From positions 2,850,001 to 2,882,000 of the forward strand of contig NZ_LN831024.1 of the NCBI RefSeq assembly GCF_001457615.1: 32,000 bases of DNA, read 5' to 3'. Source of the DNA: Pseudomonas aeruginosa (GTDB lineage: Bacteria; Pseudomonadota; Gammaproteobacteria; Pseudomonadales; Pseudomonadaceae). The position numbers and the translations under genes are program-made. Below are positions 25,059 to 32,000 of the stretch, piece by piece (position 1 is the stretch's first letter; each line of letters starts with the position of its first letter). The notes below the pieces were generated by a model. The model was given only the letters and a program-made list of their open reading frames with translations. It had not been told where the DNA came from and did no database searches.

Positions 25059-26390
25059 ATGAGTGTTCTGCCTGACGCGGTGTGCTGGCACGAAGGGATG
25101 CAACTGCTTCCCCAGCATTTCCAGTTGCAGGGATTGCGTGCCGAGGCGCTGGCGGCGCGCATAGGACAGGCCTGCAACCCTTGGTTCTGGGGAGTGACCG
25201 CCCTGGAACTGGACCCCTCGGCGTTGTGCGCCGGCCAAGTGCGGGTCCTGCACCTCGAAGCGATCCTGCCCGACGGCCTGCCGGTGAGCGTGCAGGCTGG
25301 TGTCGACGCGCCGCTGGAGTTCGATCTGGAGACAGCGCTGGCGGCCGCCGAAGGGCCGCTGCTGAACGTCCACCTGGCGGTCAGTCCGCTGTGGCGGGCG
25401 GGTCAGTTGCTGCCGCTGAAGGGCCGTCTGCAATCGCGGGTCGGCGCGCCGCTGCCGGACCTGGCCAGCGGCGAGCACCCCGAGCCGATCACCGTCTGGC
25501 GAGCGTCGCTGCGGCTGGTCGGCGACGACGGCAAGGCCGACTCCGTGTGCCTGCCGTTGCTGCGCGTGGCGAAGGAGGGCGGCGCCTATGTCAGCCTGCC
25601 CTACGTCCCGCCGACGCCACTGATCCTGCCGGAGTCGCCCCTGGGCAGACGCGTGCAGTCGCTTTGCGCGCGGGCCCGGGAGAAGGCGCTGTTCCTCGGC
25701 GGGCGCCTGCGCCTGGCGCAGCAGGCGGGCAACCAGGACGACGCGGTGGAAATCCGTCGCCAGCTTGCCGCGCTCTGGACCCGCCTGCCGGAGGTCGAAG
25801 GCCTGCTGGCAAGCCGTACGGCCTCGCCGCTGGCCCTGCACGGCAGCCTGCTGGGCCTGGCCGGTGCCTGGGCGGCGCTCGATCCGCTGGCCGGCGTGCC
25901 GGCCTTCGAAGCGCTCGACTTCCTCGACCTGCGGCGTGGCTACGAGCCGCTGCTGGACTGGCTGGAGCGGGCCATCGAGTCGATCCGCGCGGGCTACCGC
26001 TGCCTGCCGTTCGAGCAGGAGGAACAGGTATTTTCCGTGCGCCTGCCCGATCCGGCGCCGCGTCAGCGCCTGGTGGTCGGCCTGCGGATGCCCGCCGGCG
26101 CCGGCGAACAGGCGGCGGCTGACTGGCTGGAGCGCGCCATCGTCGCCTCCGACCCGCACCTGCCGTTGCTCGCCCGGCAACGCATGAGCGGGCTGCCGCG
26201 GCAGCCGATGAATCGCCAGGAACAGGTGGCCTACAGCGTTGGCGACGACACCCGTTTGTTCGTCGTGCAGGGTGCCGGCGACTGGTTCGATGCCGGCCAG
26301 CCGCTGCGCATCGTCGCGCCGGTCAGCGGGGTCGCCAGCAGTCCCTGGCAGATCGTGCTGTTCGTCGCCGACGGCAGCGACAACACCTAG
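25059..26390 (+). CDS. tssK: T6SS baseplate/connector protein TssK
   Basis: 443 aa. VCWHEGMQLLPQHFQLQGLRAEALAARI N-terminus and FSVRLPDPAPRQRLVVGLRMPAG, the TssK family pattern. Confidence 0.96.
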   Translation: MSVLPDAVCWHEGMQLLPQHFQLQGLRAEALAARIGQACNPWFWGVTALELDPSALCAGQVRVLHLEAILPDGLPVSVQAGVDAPLEFDLETALAAAEGPLLNVHLAVSPLWRAGQLLPLKGRLQSRVGAPLPDLASGEHPEPITVWRASLRLVGDDGKADSVCLPLLRVAKEGGAYVSLPYVPPTPLILPESPLGRRVQSLCARAREKALFLGGRLRLAQQAGNQDDAVEIRRQLAALWTRLPEVEGLLASRTASPLALHGSLLGLAGAWAALDPLAGVPAFEALDFLDLRRGYEPLLDWLERAIESIRAGYRCLPFEQEEQVFSVRLPDPAPRQRLVVGLRMPAGAGEQAAADWLERAIVASDPHLPLLARQRMSGLPRQPMNRQEQVAYSVGDDTRLFVVQGAGDWFDAGQPLRIVAPVSGVASSPWQIVLFVADGSDNT

Positions 26391-26407
26391 ACAGGAAGGA
26401 GCCGCCA

Positions 26408-27166
26408 ATGCCCGAAGGGAGTGCAGGGCCTTTTTCCCAGGCGTACCAGGAGCAGCCGCTCAGCACGGCATTCCGCCAGGCCTGGCAGGAATGGCTGGAG
26501 GCCTGGGGCGCCCTCGACCGGGACGCCCAGGATGTGCCACGGATGGTCGAGCGCGCCCTCGAACTGTCCACCCGCATCACCCGGCGTCTGTGGCGCAGCG
26601 CCTTCGCCAGCGTCGGCGACGCGGCGGGCGTGCAGGTCAAGGCGATGGTCTATGCCTTCGTCGCCCTGGTCGACGAGACCCTGGTCTTCAGCGCCTGGCC
26701 GGGGCAGGGCGCCTGGCAGGACAAACCGCTGGAGTCGCATCTCTACGGCAGTCGCCAGGCGGGCGAATACCTGCCGCTGGCGATCAAGCGCCTGCTCGAC
26801 GAACGCGCCCCGGCCAGTCGCGACCTGGCCAACGTCTACCTGCAATGCCTGATCCTCGGCTTCCGCGGTCGCCTGCGCGGGCCGCGCGGCGAGGCGCTGC
26901 ACGAGAAGTGGCGGCAGGCGTTGTTCGCCTTCGCCTGGCAGCGCGAGGCGGACGCCGCCGACCTCGGCCGTCGCCTTGAGCAGCCCGCCGCTGCGCCGCC
27001 ACGGCGTCTGCCGGTGCGCGCAGCGCTGCCGGACGGCTTCCGCCTGGGCCTGGCGGTGCTCGGGCTGGTGCTGTTGATGAGCGGTATCGGACACCTGTTC
27101 TGGCGCGACATCCAGCACGAAATGGCGGCGGTGACCCACCTGGCCGATGCGGAGCAGGCGCCATGA
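26408..27166 (+). CDS. tssL: T6SS inner-membrane protein TssL (IcmH/DotU)
   Basis: 252 aa. MVYAFVALVDETLVFSAWPGQGAWQDKPLESHLYGSRQAGEYLP matches the DotU core, with a single C-terminal TM (LGLAVLGLVLLMSGIGHLFW). No OmpA-like extension seen. Confidence 0.95.
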   Translation: MPEGSAGPFSQAYQEQPLSTAFRQAWQEWLEAWGALDRDAQDVPRMVERALELSTRITRRLWRSAFASVGDAAGVQVKAMVYAFVALVDETLVFSAWPGQGAWQDKPLESHLYGSRQAGEYLPLAIKRLLDERAPASRDLANVYLQCLILGFRGRLRGPRGEALHEKWRQALFAFAWQREADAADLGRRLEQPAAAPPRRLPVRAALPDGFRLGLAVLGLVLLMSGIGHLFWRDIQHEMAAVTHLADAEQAP

Positions 27167-30100
27167 GCGGCGCGACCCTGTTCATGCTGGTTCTCCTCCT
27201 GGTGCTGCTGGCGCTGCTGCTGGGGGCGCTGGGCTGGTGGTGGCGAACCCGCGGTGGTACGGAGATCCGCAGCTTCTACGCGGCGGTCCGGCAGATGGAG
27301 CGCGAGCAGGGCTGGCAGGGCCGCTACGAAGCGCCGTGGCTGCTGATGCTCGGCAACGAGACCGAGGGCGAGCAGTTGTGCGCCACCTGGCGCCTGCTGC
27401 CGGTGGCGCGCCCGGCCTGGTTCGGCCGCTGGTGGTCGGACGGCGAGGGGGCGATCCTGCTGGTGCCCGAGTCGGTGTTCCTGCCCGACGAGGGCCTGCG
27501 CCGGCAAAGCGGCGCCTGGCTGCGCCTGTTGCGTCTGTTCCTGCGCCTGCGCGGCAGGCGCGCGCTGGACGGAGTGGTCTGGAACATTCCGCTGGCGCGG
27601 CTGCAGGATGGCGAGCAGGCGGCCAACCTCGGCCTCGCCGCGCGCCGTCGCTACGTGGAACTGACCCAGCGCCTTGGCCTGAGCCTGCCGGTTTACGTGG
27701 TGATCACTGGCATGGAAGACCTGCCTGGCTTCCAGGAACTTCTCGCGGCGCTGCCCGAGGAGGCGCGCGAGCGCGCCCTCGGCTGGTCCTCGCCGTTCGC
27801 CGCCGAAGCGGCCTGGCAGTCGCGCTGGTGCGAGCAGGCGCTGGAGGAAATCACCGCCACCCTGACCGAGTCGATCGTCGAACTCGGTACCTTGCGCGGC
27901 CAGGTGGACAATGAGCTGTATTGCCTGCCGCCACGCCTGGAAAGCCTCCGCGGTTCGTTGCAGGCGCTGCTCGAACCGGTCTTCCAGGGCAACGCCAGGG
28001 GCGAGGCGCCGCGCTTTCGCGGTCTCTACCTGAGCGGCAGCGAGGCGGCGGGCGCGGCAGCCGACGAAGTCCTGCCGGCGGTCGACGCGCCGCGTCGGCG
28101 CAGCAGCTTCGCCAGCCAACTGTGGGCACGGCGGATCCTTGCCGAGGAAGGCCTGGCCCAGGCGGTGCCGCGCATCCTCCAGCTGCGTCAGCGCTGGCAG
28201 CGCGGCATCGGCCTCGCCGCGTTGTGCCTGTGCCTGCTCTGGGGCGGCCTGATGACCTGGGTCTGGCGCGACGCGCTGCGCGACGCCGGTGAACTGTCGC
28301 AACTGCTGCATGGCGCCAGTGAGCGCTACCAGCCGCTCGACGACGACACTCGGCGCGCCGCCCAGGTCCGGCAGAACGTCCAGGCCTGGTGGCAACTGGT
28401 GTCACAGGCGCCGCGCTGGCGCTTCACTTCGCTGGCGTTTCCCAGTTCCTGGTTTTCCTCCCTGGATGCACGTATCGACAACGCGTATCGCCGCGTTTCC
28501 GAGCGCCTGCTGGTGCGACCGCTGCGCAGCCTGCTGGAAGGCGAGGCGAGCGACCTGCGGGCGATCCGCAGCGATGGCCAACCCGGCCTGAAGGAGGGCG
28601 ACGACCCCAGCCAGTGGAAGGACTACCTGGCGGCGAAGGACCTGGTCGCCCGCGCCACTACGCTGGAGCGCCACAATCGCTTGTTCGCCCAGGCCATCGA
28701 CAACCGCAGGACGCCGCTCGACGACCTTCTGCAACTGAGTAACGATGCCCTGGGCAGCAGCTACAACGCCGGCAGCCTGGCGCGCCTGGCCTATTACAAC
28801 CGCACGCTGTTCGCCGAGCGTCCGGCCGATCTCGCCGCCCTCGACCTGGGCCGGGTCGCCGCCACGGCGGCGGATAACTTCCATGACCTGATGGCACGCT
28901 GGCTGAACGCCTACTTCCTCACCGACAGCCTGGAACGCACCGGCAATGCCCTGACCCAGGAACTCGCGCAGCTCGGCCAGGAACGAGACGCCACGGCGGC
29001 CCAGTTGCTGGGGATCGGCGAATTGATCAACCACCTGCAGCAACAGGTCAACCGCATCAACCTGATCTGGGGCAATGGCGTCGGCCAGGATCTCGTCCCT
29101 GGCTACCAGAACCTGCTCAAGAGCGCCCAGCAAAGCAGCTTGCTGGGAAACCGCGTGGAGGAACTGCAGAACCTCACCGTGCAGTTGCAGCAGCAGTTTC
29201 GCAGCGAATGGATCGCGCCTCCGGAGGCTGCCGGCGACGGCCTGCTGGTGAAACAGGGGGCGACGCTCAAGCTGGCCGATGACCTGCTCGGTCTGAAACG
29301 CGCCATCGATGACCTGAAGACCAAGGACTTCGTCTCCGTGGCCCTGGCGGACAAGACACTGGCGGACCACTCCTTGCTGAGCATCGACGATATCGGCGTG
29401 ACTCAGGCGTTGAGCTTCTTCAACGACTTCACCGGCTACTACGAGAGCACCCTGCCATCGCTCAACCCGCGCTATCGCTATTCGGTCCTGCACGCCGCCG
29501 CCAGCGCGGCGACCGAGGCCATGTGGCAAAGCCTCGGGCCGCGCAGTCGTAGCCTGGCCAGTCGCAATGCCTCGCGTTTCGACGTGCAGGTCAAGCAGGT
29601 CCAGGTGTTGCAGGCGGCGCTGCTGGAGTTGCAGGACCTGCAGGCCGGCGCGCGCCTGCTGCTCAGCCTCAACGCGCTGGCCGTGGCCGATATCGGCCAG
29701 GCCCTGCGCGACATCGACGAGCAGGCGGTGCTGCGCGAGCCGGTCGATTTCAGCCGCTGGTCGGGCGCGCCGAATTTCGGCCTGCAGATGTTCCGCGCCC
29801 AGGACAGTGCCGAGCTGAAGCAAAGCCTGAACAGCCAGTTCAATGCCATGGCGGCCGTCGCCGAACGCCACGCCCCGGCGCTGGAGTGGTTGCAGGCGCA
29901 GCAATCCAGCCTGGCCACCGCCGACTACAACGCGTTCGTGCGCTTCAGCGCGCTCAACGCCGAACTGCGGAAATTCAAGGCCGACAACCCGGCGAGCACC
30001 GCGGCGCAGTTGGCGAAGCTGGTGGGTAACGATTTCAACCAGATGGACATCGGCAGTTGCGCCGACATTCTCAACGGCGTGCTCCTGCCGTCCAGCCGCA

Positions 30101-30978
30101 GCGACCTGGCGACGCGCCTGGTGGACCTGCGCCAGGGCGCGCTCGGGCGCTGCCAGTCGTTGCAACAGCAGCAGGCGGCGCAGGCCTGGAAGGACCTCGC
30201 CGACTACTTCAACCAGTACCTCGCCGGACGCTTCCCGTTCGCCTACAGCCTGGAAGCGGCCGATGCCGAGCCGGGGCGGGTGCGGCACCTGCTGAAACTG
30301 ATGGAGACGCGCTTGCCGCAGGTGCGCGAAGGGCTGGCCCAGGTTCGCTCGCCGGACCTGCCGGCCGCCGAGGACTTCGTCCGCCGCCTGGAGCAGGCGC
30401 AGCGCTGGCTCGGCCCGCTGTTCGAGCGCGACAAGTCGGGCCTGCTCGGCGTCGCCCTGGACATCGACTGGCGCAGCGACCGCAGCCTGGAACGCGGCGC
30501 CGACCAGGTGATCGCCTGGAGCCTGTACTCGGGCGACCAGGAAAGCCGTTTCCCCGGCGCGCAGGACAAGGGCCTGACCTGGAATGTCGGCGATCCGCTG
30601 AAAATCATGCTGCGCTGGGCGAAGAACGGCTCGCAGCGTCCGGCAGACGACCCGCGCCAGGCCAGCCTGGCGGTGGCCGACCTCGAGGCCGGCTGGAGCT
30701 ACCAGGGCTCCTGGGCGCTGTTGCGCATGATGCGCGCGCACTTCTCCCGGCAGCGCCCGCCGAACGTCGACTACACGGAGTTTCCGCTGGTCCTGCAACT
30801 GCCGGTGTATGCGCCCTACAGCCCGGAAAACGAGGCGCGGATGTTCCTCCGCCTGTCGTTGATGAGCCTGGGCGGCAAGACCCCGCTGTCCATCCAACCG
30901 CTTCCGGTGCGCGCGCCGCAATCGCCGTTCGCGACGCTGTTGCCGGCCACCGTCGCCAGCACCGGAGGTACCCCATGA
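27163..30978 (+). CDS. tssM: T6SS inner-membrane protein TssM (IcmF)
   Basis: 1271 aa. N-terminal TM, PWLLMLGNETEGE, PVYVVITGMEDLPGFQELLAALPEEAR, and a C-terminal IcmF domain (WSLYSGDQESRFPGAQDKGLTWNVGDPLKIMLRWAKNGSQRP). ATGA overlap with tssL. Confidence 0.97.
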   Translation: MSGATLFMLVLLLVLLALLLGALGWWWRTRGGTEIRSFYAAVRQMEREQGWQGRYEAPWLLMLGNETEGEQLCATWRLLPVARPAWFGRWWSDGEGAILLVPESVFLPDEGLRRQSGAWLRLLRLFLRLRGRRALDGVVWNIPLARLQDGEQAANLGLAARRRYVELTQRLGLSLPVYVVITGMEDLPGFQELLAALPEEARERALGWSSPFAAEAAWQSRWCEQALEEITATLTESIVELGTLRGQVDNELYCLPPRLESLRGSLQALLEPVFQGNARGEAPRFRGLYLSGSEAAGAAADEVLPAVDAPRRRSSFASQLWARRILAEEGLAQAVPRILQLRQRWQRGIGLAALCLCLLWGGLMTWVWRDALRDAGELSQLLHGASERYQPLDDDTRRAAQVRQNVQAWWQLVSQAPRWRFTSLAFPSSWFSSLDARIDNAYRRVSERLLVRPLRSLLEGEASDLRAIRSDGQPGLKEGDDPSQWKDYLAAKDLVARATTLERHNRLFAQAIDNRRTPLDDLLQLSNDALGSSYNAGSLARLAYYNRTLFAERPADLAALDLGRVAATAADNFHDLMARWLNAYFLTDSLERTGNALTQELAQLGQERDATAAQLLGIGELINHLQQQVNRINLIWGNGVGQDLVPGYQNLLKSAQQSSLLGNRVEELQNLTVQLQQQFRSEWIAPPEAAGDGLLVKQGATLKLADDLLGLKRAIDDLKTKDFVSVALADKTLADHSLLSIDDIGVTQALSFFNDFTGYYESTLPSLNPRYRYSVLHAAASAATEAMWQSLGPRSRSLASRNASRFDVQVKQVQVLQAALLELQDLQAGARLLLSLNALAVADIGQALRDIDEQAVLREPVDFSRWSGAPNFGLQMFRAQDSAELKQSLNSQFNAMAAVAERHAPALEWLQAQQSSLATADYNAFVRFSALNAELRKFKADNPASTAAQLAKLVGNDFNQMDIGSCADILNGVLLPSSRSDLATRLVDLRQGALGRCQSLQQQQAAQAWKDLADYFNQYLAGRFPFAYSLEAADAEPGRVRHLLKLMETRLPQVREGLAQVRSPDLPAAEDFVRRLEQAQRWLGPLFERDKSGLLGVALDIDWRSDRSLERGADQVIAWSLYSGDQESRFPGAQDKGLTWNVGDPLKIMLRWAKNGSQRPADDPRQASLAVADLEAGWSYQGSWALLRMMRAHFSRQRPPNVDYTEFPLVLQLPVYAPYSPENEARMFLRLSLMSLGGKTPLSIQPLPVRAPQSPFATLLPATVASTGGTP

Positions 30979-32000
30979 CCCTGCCTCTTTCCGGCAACGC
31001 CCTGTCCCTGGAAGTGCTGCTCGAACCGATCGACCCCGGACAGCCGTGCGGCCCCAGCCTGCGCTACGACCCGGACTACGACCGCCTGCGCGAGTTGCGC
31101 CGGGAGGACGACAGCAGCCTGCCGACCGGCGTCTGGCAGGCGGAGGCCAAGCGCGCCGACTGGGCCGCGGTGGAGCAGTTGGCCAGCGAACTGTTGCAGC
31201 GGCGCAGCAAGGACCTGATGCTCGCCGCCTGGCTCGGCGAGGCCTGGCTGCAACGCGGCGGGCTGGGGGGATTGCAGCGCGCGCTGGTGCTGCTGGCGGA
31301 ACTCTGCGAGCGCTACCCCGAGGAGGTGCATCCGCAAGCCCAGGACGGCGACCAGTCGTGGCGGGTGCCGCCCATCGACTGGCTGTTGCGCCGCTATGCC
31401 GAGCTGCTGCACACGCGCCTGCCGCTGATGGGGCAGGGCGCGTTCGCCGAGATCACCCTCTATGCCTGGCAGAGGTTGCAGCGCCAGCAGGTCGCCAGCG
31501 GCGACAGCAAGAGCGCCAAGGCGGCGCTGGAAGCGGCGCAACTTCAGCAGAAGAAGCTAGACGAAGCGTTGCGCGCGGAGCCCCTGGTGCAATGGCAGCG
31601 CAAGCAGGCCAGCCTGCTCGCCTGCCAGCAGCAACTACAGCGCCTGGAACAGTGGTGCGACCGCTGCCTGGGCGAACTCGCCCCCAGTTGCCAGCCATTG
31701 CGCGAGGTCATCGCGCAATGGCTGGCCTTGCTCAAGGAGTTCATCGCCATGCACCCGCAAGCGCCGCTGTCCGAAGAACAGCCCCCGGTCGCGGAGGCGG
31801 ACGCCGCCGAAGGCGACGCGGACGGCGAGGAAAGCGTCCCGGCGAGCGCGCCGAGCGGGCCGGCTGGCGCGCCGACCAGTCGCGAGGACGCCTACCGGCA
31901 ATTGCTGCTGATCGCTGACTACCTGGCGCGCACCGAGCCGCACAGCCCGGTTCCCTACCTGATCAAGCGCGCGGTGGAGTGGGGCAACAAGCCGCTGAGC
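30975..32000 (+). CDS. tssA: T6SS protein TssA (ImpA_N domain), truncated by window end
   Basis: ATG at 30975 overlaps the tssM stop (ATGA). MTLPLSGNALSLEVLLEPIDPGQPCGPSLRYDPDYDRLRELRREDDSSLPTGVWQAEAKRADWAAVEQLASELLQRRSKDLMLAAWLGEAWLQRG is an ImpA N-terminal domain. The frame is open to the window end. Confidence 0.92.
   Translation, partial: MTLPLSGNALSLEVLLEPIDPGQPCGPSLRYDPDYDRLRELRREDDSSLPTGVWQAEAKRADWAAVEQLASELLQRRSKDLMLAAWLGEAWLQRGGLGGLQRALVLLAELCERYPEEVHPQAQDGDQSWRVPPIDWLLRRYAELLHTRLPLMGQGAFAEITLYAWQRLQRQQVASGDSKSAKAALEAAQLQQKKLDEALRAEPLVQWQRKQASLLACQQQLQRLEQWCDRCLGELAPSCQPLREVIAQWLALLKEFIAMHPQAPLSEEQPPVAEADAAEGDADGEESVPASAPSGPAGAPTSREDAYRQLLLIADYLARTEPHSPVPYLIKRAVEWGNKPLS

Noticed and set aside
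28402-30921. 839-aa minus-strand ORF antisense to tssM
   Set aside because: The plus-strand tssM has clear family motifs throughout. The antisense frame has Ala/Arg/Leu/Gln-rich low-information sequence typical of the open complementary frame in GC-rich DNA.
1-32000. CRISPR arrays, tRNA/rRNA genes, IS elements or prophage genes
   Set aside because: None were recognisable on reading the window. The only regular repeat array is inside vgrG and is coding.

Overview
The window matches the Pseudomonas aeruginosa pvd-to-H3-T6SS region. This call rests on recognising protein sequences and gene order; no database was searched. It opens with the 3' end of pvdA, then pvdQ (acyl-homoserine lactone/pyoverdine acylase), a small Fur-like winged-helix protein, a LysR regulator, an FMN L-lactate dehydrogenase (lldA type), two small hypothetical genes, a Tat-exported molybdopterin/2Fe-2S dehydrogenase pair, an orphan periplasmic solute-binding protein and a LuxR-type response regulator. 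From about 12 kb onward it is a type VI secretion locus. One arm is on the minus strand: tssB, tssC, hcp, tssE, tssF, tssG, clpV, accessory cargo, vgrG and a MORN-repeat TseF-like protein. The divergent plus-strand arm is tssJ, tssK, tssL, tssM and tssA (truncated by the window end). A PAAR-like gene lies convergent to tseF. The most interesting stretch is an AT-richer insert (about 15.0-15.92 kb) between clpV and vgrG. It encodes a 190-aa protein with a motif pair resembling the His-Gly / Cys dyad of clan CD (caspase/CHAT/C80-like) proteases, followed by a small 62-aa ORF that could be an immunity protein, adaptor or remnant. Other observations include a TssM without a recognisable Walker A motif, a 24-bp tandem repeat array in the vgrG 3' end, and a perfect AT-rich 28-bp palindrome in a GC-rich intergenic region.
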